From contig NC_057753.1 of assembly GCF_004010195.1 (NCBI RefSeq), forward strand, positions 7,004,273-7,068,272: a stretch of 64,000 nucleotides of DNA, written 5' to 3'. The stretch is from Chiloscyllium plagiosum (lineage: Eukaryota). Positions 38,488-49,748 of this stretch are shown here, piece by piece (the first letter of the stretch is position 1; the number at the start of each line of letters is the position of its first letter). The notes under the pieces were generated by a model. That model saw only the letters and a list, made by a program, of their open reading frames with translations. It was not told where the DNA came from and made no database searches. The position numbers and the translations under genes are program-made.

Positions 38488-39596
38488 TTTTCTCTAATTT
38501 ATAATTTATTTTTATGTTGTTACAGATAGTATATTTATTTAAAGGGAAAAACTTACAACTTTGTCAATCAATGTTAAAACAAAAAGTACAATGAAGGTAG
38601 GAGTGATGTCTCAGATGTGAATTAACATCAAAGGAATCTGAACATATACCAGGTTTGCATTTAAATTTAGACTGGTAACAATACAAGATTACTGTCTTGC
38701 TTTACAATTCAGCTAATGTGTGTGTGTGTGTGTGTGTGTGTGACGTGTTTGTGTTAATTTTTTTAATTGTTTAAAATTATTAACTCCGCTGAAACGTGAA
38801 GTGTTTTTGGCTATGTTAGTAGACAGAATAAATCTGCAGTTAGAACATAACATCTCAGCTCTTATTCTCCACAGAGAGTCAAAAACCTGACTGTCGCAGA
38901 GCTGAGAGTGTGTTTCTGGAAAAAACACTGCAGGTCATTCAGCATGCGAGGAGGAGGACAATCGACGTTTCGGGCCGGAGCCCTTCATCAAGGAATCCTG
39001 GGATGCTGCCTGACCTGCTTTTCTGTAATTTATAATTTATATATATGTTGTTACAGATAGTATATTTATTTAAAGGGAAAAACTTACAACTTTGTAAATC
39101 AATGTTAAAACAAAAAGTTCAATGAAGGTAGGAGTGATGTCTCAGATGTGAATTAACATCAAAGGAATCTGAACACATACCAGGTTTGCTTTTAAATTTA
39201 GACTGGCAACAATACAAGATTACTGCCTTGCTTGACAATTCAGCTTGTGTGTGCGTGTGTGTGTGTGTGCGTGTGTGCGTGTGTTTGTGTGTTTGTGTGT
39301 GTGTGTGTGAGAGAGAGAGACGTGTTTGTGTTTATTTTTTTATTTGTTTAAAATTATTAACTCCGCTGAAACGTGAAGTGTTTTTGGCTATGTCAGTAGA
39401 CAGAATAGATCTGCAGTTAGGAGATAACATCTCAGCTCTTATTCTCCACAGAGAGTCAAAAACCTGACTTTCGCAGAGCTGAGAGTGTGTTGCTGGAAAT
39501 AACACTGCAGGTCATTCATCATGCGAGGAGGAGTTCAATTGACGTTTCGGGCCGGAGCCCTTCATCAAGGAATTCTGGGATGCTGCCTGACCTGCT
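38488..39596 (+). repeat. ~530-580-bp tandem duplication downstream of gene 2, including (GT)n microsatellites
   Basis: Copies begin ttttct.taatttataattt at ~38488 and ~39019 and run to ggatgctgcctgacctgct. Confidence 0.92.
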
Positions 39597-40249
39597 GTGC
39601 TTTTCCAACAACACACCCACAACTCTGATCTCAGCATCTGTAGACCTTACTGTCTCGCAGATTTTCACACAGCGTCATTCACCAAAACCACTCCTAGGAG
39701 CCAACACTCAGATGAGAACGAAATTGCTGTAGACTGCAGCTATCAATCAGAAACACAGAAAAAAATTGAGAAAAGAGTTGAAGAATGGGTGTCGTCCTGA
39801 TAGAGACAAATCTGAATACTTGATAAAAATGCGAACGAAAATACATCTTTGATTAAAAGACTCCGTGATGCTGAACCTTAGCTTCACCTCTTTTACTGTA
39901 ATCCTTACTTATTGAAAACGAAAAAGGAAAGAATCAACGTTGAGTTTTGCGTGCACATTCCTTCGTTTTACTATTGGTAATTTGCTATGGGTAACTTTAT
40001 ATTATTAAGCAATGGGCGTCAGGAGTAAAATCTGACTATTAATTAATGGTAATCATTACAGATACTAAAAACGATACTAGTATTTTCTCGCTATCTTGGT
40101 GATTGTATAAAGCGGTACTGAATAAAGCGTAGTTTTTTGACCAGTTGGAACAGGCAATCTTTCTTAATTAGTTGATAACACAAGCAGTCATAACACCTTA
40201 TCACTCAGTGGTAAGTTCATTCATGAATCGTACATTTACAGAAAAATTG

Positions 40250-41729
40250 AAAATAAGAAAACGTTTAGAAGAAGAATTGTGAACAAGCAAACAATACTCG
40301 CCAAACGTGTGTGGACACCTCTGTGCCAAGGTCAGGGATGTCTCGGATCGAGCTGACAGGGTTCGAAAGGGGAAAGTTGAGCAGTCAGAAGCCTTGGTAT
40401 ACATCGGTGCGAACGACATATGTAGAAAGGGATGAGGACGTGAAAAATGAATATAGGCAATTAGTTTCGCAGTTAAATGCATGATAAGCAGAATAGTGTT
40501 GTCAGGATTGCTACCTATACCACGGGGTTGTGTGTGCATTTGAACACGTGGATGCAGAGCTGGTGTGGTGGGGGAAGGCTTCAGATATGTGCATCATCGC
40601 AATAAATTCTGAGGAAGGTGGGACCTGAACAAGAAGTACGTGTTGTACCTGAACTGGAGGGGCACCAGTTTGCAATAGGTGTTCAGGAAGGTTAAAACTA
40701 GTTTGGCAGGGGGATGGGAACTGGAGCTACGTATGATAGGTTGGGGGTAGCTGGTGAACAGGCAGAGACAACGAGAACAGAGTCTGTGAGGGAGGATAAA
40801 CACTTAACAGTTCAACGTTACAGTCAGTGTGTTTGATTGTAGTGTGTCTATTTTAACACCAAATAGTTAGGAATATTGTTGATGAACTTATAGCATAGGG
40901 GTAGGAATTGTTCTTGGATGTTGCGCAGTTTACACGTTTCACAATTAAGAGGGAGGGAAATAAAATAGGTACTGGGGTGGAATTGCTAATCAGAGGTAGT
41001 ATCACAGATGCAGAAAAGGAGTTCGTCGACGAGAGTTTGCTTTTTGAGTCAGTATGGGTTAAAGTCAGAAACAGGGAAGAGAAACTCAATTTGTAGGGAG
41101 GTTTCCACAGATCTCCAATACCAACGGAGACCTGGAGGAGCAGATTAGATGGCAGATTTTGGAAAGGTGCCAAACTAACAGGGTTGTTGTAATGGGTGAT
41201 ATCAACTTCCTTAATATTGGTTGGCACATCCTTATGGAAAATAAATTGGATGGATCAAATTCTGTCAGGTGTGTCTGTGAAGGATTCCTCACTCAGTGTG
41301 GAGATGGGCTGCAGATTACAGGTTTGAAGGCAGGTTTTGACAGTGTTGGGGAACAGAGTAATTTGGGGATTCATGTGCACGGATCCCTCAAAGCTGGCAC
41401 TCAAGTTCATAGGGTTCATAAAAAGGCGAATGTTTTGTTGAATTTCATTAGCAGGGGGGCTGAGTTTGAGAGCCACGAAGTTATGCTGCAGCTCTATGCA
41501 ACCCTAATTATGTAACACCTGGAATATTGTGTTCAGTTCTGGTCGCCTCCTGATAGGAAAGATATGCAAGCTTTAGAGAAGGTGCAGAGGAAATTTACTA
41601 AAATGCTGCCTGGATGGAGAGCATGTCTGATGAAGATAGGTAAGGGAGCGACTGTTTTTCTCATTGGAGTGAAGAAGATGAGAAATGGCTAGATGAATGT
41701 GCACGAGTTGATGCGAGGCGTAAAAAGAT
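40250..41729 (+). mobile_element. Old, internally deleted CR1 LINE relic (part of the duplicated unit)
   Basis: ORF1 SGNH-like remnant (ARVRDVSDR, HIG.ND), endonuclease remnant RVVVMGDINF and RT C-terminal remnants. Paralog at 51230-53470. Confidence 0.8.
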
Positions 41730-42018
41730 TTCCTAGAGGCATGGTACTCATTCACTGATTTAATCAACAAGCACATCGACCTGGACCCAATATACCGGCC
41801 ACTGCAGTGGACAGCTGGAACTGACAACCGGAAGCGGCAGATGCAATTCACTATAAATGCCGGAGGAAGCATCACAGAAGCGTTTCACAGGAGCCTCCCA
41901 AGCACTGACGATGTCACCGAGACAGGGGACGAAACGTCTGCAACACAAATTCCCAGATCGGCGAACAGAACCACAACAACGAGCACCCGAGCTACAAATC
42001 TTCTCACAAACTTTGAAC
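41730..42018 (+). mobile_element. Penelope-like element 3' fragment (GIY-YIG C-terminus + terminal repeat)
   Basis: Translates as FLEAWYSFTDLINKHIDLDPIYRPLQ, matching the tail of the GIY-YIG relic at 57545-57810. It is followed by a TATAAAT and a hammerhead-like motif. Confidence 0.8.
41902..41941 (+). ncRNA. Putative minimal type I hammerhead ribozyme
   Basis: GCA-CTGACGA-T-GTCACC-gagaca-GGGGAC-GAAA-CG-TC|TGC: CUGANGA box, stem II with one mismatch, GAAA, GUC cleavage triplet and a 3-bp stem I. Confidence 0.65.
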
Positions 42019-45000
42019 ACCTCTGCCTTTGCGAAATCTCTTAAATAAGAAACCCAAGGGTAAAATAGCCTTATTAAAATGACAGCATCGTCCTTCCGAT
42101 TAAAGTTGTGAAATGGTGCATTAGCAACGCAACTTAGCTAATACATATTCAGCTTCCTATCTTACCTAATATGCTGAGCAAGGTAGCTGAGATGAACTGT
42201 CAATAATGCAACATAGAGAAGGTACATTGTGACCGCAGCTCGCTCCTTGCCCTGCAAATCCACTCAGATGAACACCAGTTCCGAATATCTCTTGACACGG
42301 TCCATGCACGACTTTTGCAGAAAGCTCTATGTCTCCAGATCTAATTGCACTTAAATTAGCAGGAATCTGTGCGATCAACCACAACACTCAGAGAAAGATT
42401 TTTTAAAAACTAACTTGAACTGAAAAAGTTCAGTCTTTATTTTAAACAAATCCGCATGCAGTGTTTCTGACTCAAAAAAAACTTAAGAGACGGAGAAACT
42501 CCAAGTCGATTGCACCTTTACAAAGAATAAGAGTAACATCATACATTTGCACGTATGCTGAGAAATTGCAGATTACATGAAGTGTACGTCATCTGTAGTG
42601 CTAAACATTTGCCTTATTAGTTTTACCAAACATTAAGAATTTGCATCATTCTATAACTCTATTTCTGTTGTATGGACATTTTGTTTAAGCTAAACTCTGC
42701 AGTTCAAATTGTACAAGGAGTCATTAAGAAGATTGCTGATGTTTTGTCAAGCGTATACTATTTGTTTACATTCAGACTGGTCCTGAAAGCCGGTTCTGAA
42801 CTTTTGCCTGTTTAATTTGATGATCCTTCATTCGACAATTAGTCTTCATTCCCATCATGCAGTGTTAAACATTCCCTACAATGTCGAACATAGGCCTGAG
42901 CATTCATAATAAGGCAAACTGCAAGAACAGACAGGACACATTTTGATACACTTGCAACATTCTTGTGCAATTCTACGTTGCGCATGAAATGCTCCAGCAA
43001 GGACCACCTTGTGCTTTGGATGAAATGCATTTAGCTCATAACTTTGACCAAGGTTGCATCCCTGAGTCCTTTGTTCATTGCCATACAAAATACCAGTCCA
43101 CCATTGCGTAGTGTGTTTGCACCCTCAAACAAAGACTCGTAAGACTTCAGTCTTGGCTTGCTGCTTAACATGAACCCAGAGTAGGATTGTTGTCAAGATT
43201 TCACCAGTCTTCGTTGTATTCAAGAAAGTGATCCTTTGCACAGGGGCCCAACGGCACATTAACTCTGCGACAGACTCTGGTAGTAGTCAAAAGGATTGGG
43301 CACAGTCAGTCAGGTACTCAAGTTGTTCCATGTCAGGATGTACACCAATCCAAATAGTTTGGAGTCAACTGTTGTATGTGTTGGAGTGGAGGCCAACATT
43401 TGGTGCCAATGTCTTCTTATCCTTGAACCGAGGGGCTACGTCATCTATTGCCTAAGGCAGTCATGACTCTAAAAACACTATAAACTACCTCTTGGATATA
43501 TTCAGTGACGTGGACGCCATTGCCTGCTGTAGGAGAGAACTCCACATGTTCACTGTTCTCTAATGGAAGAAATGTTCCCTCATCTCAGTCGTTCCCCATA
43601 TCCTGAGACTTCGACACCTGATGAAAGAACCAGGGGAAGGATGCTCCATGCATCGGTCAGTCCAACAATGTTCAAATGTATACGTTAAAATCAGATTATC
43701 TCTCATGCATCTAAACTGTATTGAATAAATGACCACTCAAAACAGTCTCTCCTCGAGGATAATTCTGCTATCTCTCCTGAAAGCCTTGTGAACCTGCACT
43801 GCACGTCCACTCTGGCAAGTGCACTCTCAGTGAGTGAGGACAAAACGACTTGTGATTCTCTGAGCGTGGTCTAAATGAACCTTTGTAAAACTGCAGTTTC
43901 GTTTACAGATTACAGTCGGGCCTAAAACAAGGAACGCTCATTCGAAACTTTCCCTTTAAAAGTTTATGGCAACAGCAACTGGAGGTATAAACAGGTGAAC
44001 TCCTGAGACTTCACGTTTTGTTTAACAGAAGTGGAATAGAATGAAAGCTTTCCACTCTTGACCTGTATGTCAAACACAGACCCATCAATGCCATGTAATT
44101 ACTGAAATTACCTTGATTGTTTTATCTCTAAAAAAACAGTGTGATAGATTCATATAGCATGGAAACAGATGCTACAATCCAATTTGTCCAGTCGCAATGT
44201 TCTGAACTAAATTTGACTTGCTGCACAAATGCTGTCTGAAATGCTTTGTGATTTCAGCGTTTGCTACTTTCTGATACTTCCCTCAACACTCGAATACTTT
44301 ACTTCAATCAACGATTAATGGCTCCAAACCACGAAAATGAAACAGGTGATCATATCGTTCTGTTCTCTAATGTGAGAGAGATGACTGGTGGTGGTTTTAC
44401 CCTGAGATTCAGAGCACCTCAGAGATGGAGAGAGTTTAGGAAGGAGAGTCATTCATGCTGACTTCATGTCTTATGCTAATCTGCTCTGCTGCTCTCAATG
44501 TGCATTGCAAACAAAGCATCGAACCAACTAAAATAATCGACACTATCCCAGACGTTGGTATGTTAATGCACGTATAAACATGAGAGTTCATTATATGGCT
44601 GAAACCTACATTAAAACAAATAAATTTATATTGATTAATTTAGGCAAACATAATGACGTTCGACAAAAGCTATTGAAAGGTGCTTCTGGCCAACAGGAAC
44701 ATTTTATGAGCAGAATATTTCTTTTCTCTGGAGCAAAGGCCACAAATCCTGCTTCTGCCCAGATACCACAGTTGTAGATATCCACTCGGTGGTGTTGCTT
44801 TAATCTGGAACTACCAACAAAAAATATTCAGTTTGTGCGTGCATCTGCTTCTTTAAAGTGATCACAAGATCACAATATTTCGCAAAAGACCGTCCTCTTT
44901 GTTTAAAATAGTGCCAGATGAAAATGATTCGCGATTCACGAGATAGAGGTCGATTCCTGAAGGAAATAGACAACAGCCAGTACTTTCAAGGTGACTCAGC

Positions 45001-47041
45001 CGCACAAGATTCGCTTCAAATTAAGTTCGTTGTGGGGTATCTATCTTGAATCAGTACTCACGCAGTTTTGTTCTTGAATGAGAATAATTCTCTGGCCCGT
45101 TATTGTTTCCTCTCTCCTTTCTCATCAGAAGACACCCATCACTCCTGAAACTGTTCCACCTATGTTGTATTCCTCTTTTGCCCAGTGGCCTGTGGAGGGC
45201 ACAGTGCACAGGAGAATGTGGTACAATATCCCTGAGATATTCCGACTTCACTCCCATGCCCTCCAATCTCATTGTCCAGGACATCACTCCATCTGCTCAA
45301 CAGGATTGTGCACAGTTTTCCCTAGGTTCTTATCAATCGAAGTATTCCTAACCAATGTTTTATGTTTTATGCACATATTTTGCATCCTTCAACTCTTCCT
45401 GCATAGCTTTGCGCAGACGTGAATATAGGGATAATATGAAGCTGTAATCCCAAAATGACATCGCAGCAACGTACTACCTCAAAGTATGGAAAAACATTAA
45501 ACTCACAAGATTAACTGAAAATGCAGTCGAGTTTTGGAAAAATGGCGTTCAACTTTAGGCAAATGTTCATTGACAACGCCCAAAGAAATCTGACAATTTC
45601 TGCTTTTGTTCAGATTCTGTTGTAATTAGATAAGCTGATGGAAAACGGCATACGGAAGGATTGAATTGATAATCAAGTTAAGAAAAAACTTGCACAAGAT
45701 TATCTGGACTGCATTTCGTTTCTAAGTCTCGATCAAATCACTTCAGGCATTCAGCATTCTCCTCATGAATCTGATTCTCATTGCAGCCATAATCTCAACG
45801 TTATGCAACACTTCTGGTTTGATACAACCCTTGTCTGCCTTGACATACCAAGTGTACTTCCAAATACGTCTTAACTGATAATAGTGTGTCTATCTTTTCT
45901 GCAGATAGGTTTCGTGAGATTCACGTTCCAATATCCTTTGAGTGACTCTTTTCCCTCACATTTCGTGTAACTTCTGCTGTGATTTGCTTTCTGTCCATCA
46001 TCCCCGTTCTTTAGCATATCCCTTCACCAAAGGAAACATTTCCTTCCTGTCTTCGCTCGCGATGTCTCTCATTTTTTGATACTTCTTTACGCTTTATACA
46101 TCCCTCCGAATCTTCCCTGCTCCAAGGACAAAAAAAAGCCCGTCTCCCATTGTAGACCATACATACAACTCCAGAAACTAGAAAATAGTGTGGTTAATCT
46201 TTTCTGAACCCTTGCAGTTAGAATTAGACCGTTCCAAAAGCTTCCAGAACTCTAAAGGTGGTCTTACCTTTTTTTGCAACATGGCAGGATACATTGATTT
46301 TTACTCTTCCACACAAACAGTTCCCAACATCTGTAACCAACTATGCTGAAGAGTGCTATAATCTCACCTTATTGTTCCCAAACTGTACTGGAATCAAGGG
46401 ATAGGCGGAAGGGCAGCCCAATGAATGTGGGATCAGCCATGATCCTATTAAATGAAAGAGCAGACTCGAGGGAACGAACGGCCTATTCCTGTTCTTATTA
46501 CATATCGTCGTATGGAACAAGGCCGATTTTCAGGATTGACAGCAGAAAATTGGGGGAGTAAAACAAAATTGGACGAATACGTGTTTGATGGAATAATAAA
46601 CCTCTTTTGTTCTGTATTGCTGTAATATTTATTCAATTACCCCATGTAGTTACAGAAACGGATGTCAGAGGTATTGTTCATGACATGCCAAGGAGGTTTC
46701 AAACGATATTTAATGCAATGTCACACAAAATGCTCTTGGGAGAAGTGAAGTCCTTGGAATTGAAAGGACAGTGAGATGGGTAGTTTCAGTTAGAACACTG
46801 TTACAGCTGACTTTAAAGTTTGTCGAATGATTATTGGCACATGACTGAAACTGGAGGGAACGAAATCATTGGAAAACTCAACTAAAGCATTGGATGTCAG
46901 ATAACTGACAGTCTGTAGGTCAGAAAAATAAAACATTTTATTGAACTCACAGTTTGATCAGGGAGTCGACAATTTAACAGAAAACATAGTTATCTCTAAA
47001 AAATAGACGTTTGTCTAATTAATTCTAACTAATGTGAGTGA

Positions 47042-47087
47042 TGACGTCACATTAATGACTCTCTGGAGACCTGATGCGTTTATAAAT
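47042..47087 (+). promoter_or_regulatory. Putative core promoter of GPCR gene 3: perfect CRE palindrome TGACGTCA (47042-47049) + TATAAAT (47081-47087)
   Basis: Direct motif match. TATA is 73 nt upstream of the ATG. Confidence 0.55.
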
Positions 47088-47153
47088 GTAAGCACCTTGG
47101 TCATGTACCAGCCACAGACATTCAGCACCGACAGAAGTAATTGGTTCTTGAAT

Positions 47154-47223
47154 ATGGGGACACCATGGATTTTTCTCATGAAAGAAATATGTTATCCGAT
47201 TCTAGCAGTTATTTGTATTCCAG
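47154..47223 (+). CDS. GPCR gene 3, exon 1 (MGTPWIFLMKEICYPILAVICIP)
   Basis: ATG at 47154 to a CCAG|GTAAAT donor; 70 nt, phase 1. Confidence 0.9.
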
Positions 47224-48828
47224 GTAAATCATTCTCGTCTGTTTGTTTTTGAGTCAGTGTTTTTTCTATCATTGCTAATGCCCTATTGTGAAAAGAGCCA
47301 TTTGCCAATGGCAATTTTTTTTTAACACAGTGTCACCACAACAAAATTAATAATGGTTTCTGGACACTTTCCACTCTTCCTACTTTCTCAAAATGTTAGT
47401 GGTGTAATAATAACGTAAAATAACTGACGTCTGCGATTTTATTTTCCTTAATTCTTACATCATCATACTGTAGTGGATAGAATACCGGCAGAACTGGTAT
47501 ATGAAAGGCTTGGCAGCTAAGTGGTTAGAACTGCTGCCTCACAGTAGAAGGAACCTGAGCACGATTCCATCTTCGGGCGTTAGTCAGTATATAGCTGGCC
47601 CTGGTTGCCTTCCACAATTGAAAACTATGCATGTTAGGTGGATTGGCAGTGGAAAGTTGCCCATAATGTGCAGGATGTGTAAGGTACCTGCATAAGCTTT
47701 CGGTAATGCAGGGGGAGCCTGATTAGAGTCATGGGTCTTGATGGGCTGCTCTTTGGAGTGTCAGTGTGCAATTATTGGACTGAATGGCTTGTATTCCCCT
47801 GTAATTATGCTATGAATTACTTGACTTGTGTTCAAATATTGGTAGTAAATATCATCACATGCATTTCAATCATGCGTTGGTACATTGACATAAAACTGAG
47901 GGGTGGTGATGCAGTAGTGATATATTCGCTGGACTATTAATTCAGAGACCCAGTTGATGTTCTGGACTGTTCCGTACAAATCCCGACACAGTCAGCATTG
48001 CATTTTGAATTTCAAAAAATATAAAATTAATGCAATGCTCTCACAGACACACATAGAAGTCCATTGGGTGAATTTGCATTTGCAGAATTATATTGGTAGG
48101 TGCATTCTATTCTGTTCTAAAAGTACGTAACCTGTAGTCAATAATTTTTAAAAATATAATCCATGGTACATTTTATGAATTCCTACATTGGAATCGAGCC
48201 ATTCTGACACAAGTTTGGAATACGTATGGACTCTAACCTCACACTACTATTGCATTGCCTGAGATGAGATGTCACTTTTTTTCGAACACCTCAAGTTAAC
48301 TCGCGAATGTGACTTGAAAAAAGTTCTGGGGAATACATTTTAATGAATCGAAAACTGCAAACCTTTCTTAAATATGAAAGACTTAACAACAGTCTAGGTT
48401 CGTTCAATATGACTCATCAGTGCATGACATTTTGATCATTTGTGTTAAATTCTATGTCCTGTGATCCTACTCCACAATGTCCATGATGAAGGAACATGGC
48501 TACGAAGGCTTGTACTTTCAAATAAACCTGTTCTAACAAAGCCCTTGTCATGTAACTTTTTTTAAAATTTCATCCGCCCCCGCACCATAATCCAGTGACA
48601 ACCAGATATCCGTCACTGATTGTTGAGAAAACCTTACTGAGGTAACTAACGTTCGTTATGAAAGTTAAATACCATCCTTACCTCATCAGGCCGATGCATA
48701 ACATTATACTTGTCTCGTAAGTTAGCTTTGGAGAACGAGACATGTGCAATGAGTGTCAGCTGAGCGAATGACATCGTCATCCAATGAATGATTTTTTTTA
48801 AAGTACTCATCTTCTCTGTCTCTCACAG

Positions 48829-49748
48829 CGAATTCGATGACGATTTTGATTCTCTTGCGAGGGAACTGTGGTCTTTCCAAGTGTATCTCGGTTTACATGG
48901 TGGCTATGGCGACTTCTGATCTACTGGCCATTATCATTATTGCTGTCGTGTATCGCATTTTGAACTATTATTTTCCATTGTCCTTCTTGTCTCACACACC
49001 TGTATGCTTATTCATTGTATACATGACTACCATCACTCTCGATCTATCTGTTTGGTTCACCGTATCATTCACATTTGACAGATTTGTGATGATCTGCTGC
49101 CAGGAGTTCAAAAGAAAGCATTGCACAAAAAGAACCGCTATCACATTATTAATAATCGTCTCAGCCCTGATCCTATTGAAGAATATTCCGGTGTTGTTTG
49201 CATATGAACCTGAGAAGATTATTCAAAACGTCCAGTGGGGCTGTAAAACAAGTGCAACTTTCTTAGCTTCACCTCTTGGGATGACGTTTGTCTGGTTTTA
49301 CAGCGCCTCTGTTGCTTGGATTCCATTTCTGCTAATATTCGTGTTTAATTCTTTAACCGTCTGCCGCATTTTCGTGGCAAATAGAACGCGTATTGGACTC
49401 CAGGGGCACAGAAATGGGAATCAAAGCAATTCAGTGGGCGAGAACCGGAGGAAATCTGTCATTTTATTATTCTCTGTGTCAATCAGCTTCATCGTGCTTT
49501 GGTTGACATATTCCCTATGTTTGGCCATCACCAGAGTGTCACACCCTAATTATTACCGAGGCGACTTCGCAAACCCTGAATATATCGCAACAGAAACAGG
49601 AAATATCCTGAAGCTGCTGAGTTGTTTTCTTAATCCATGTATTTATGCAGCAACACAGAACAAATTCAGGGAAGCACTGCTTAACGTAATGAAACTTATA
49701 TGGAAAAAACCCTCAGAATATGTTAAAAAGAATAAACAGAGTGTTTAG
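48829..49748 (+). CDS. GPCR gene 3, exon 2: GPR139-like class A 7TM receptor (329 aa after splicing, altered C-terminus)
   Basis: In-frame tctctcacag| acceptor; all 7TM motifs intact. A 1-nt deletion after helix 8 changes the tail. Confidence 0.92.

Larger units (their letters stand above)
25849..41729 (+). repeat. Segmental duplication unit 2 (contains GPCR gene 2)
   Basis: Collinear with units 1, 3 and 4 over the LTR relic, intergenic blocks, exon 1, intron, exon 2 and the downstream region. Confidence 0.9.

Noticed and set aside
49737..49748. PDZ-binding motif at the new gene-3 C-terminus (KQSV)
   Set aside because: Position -2 is Gln, not Ser/Thr or hydrophobic, so it does not fit the canonical classes.
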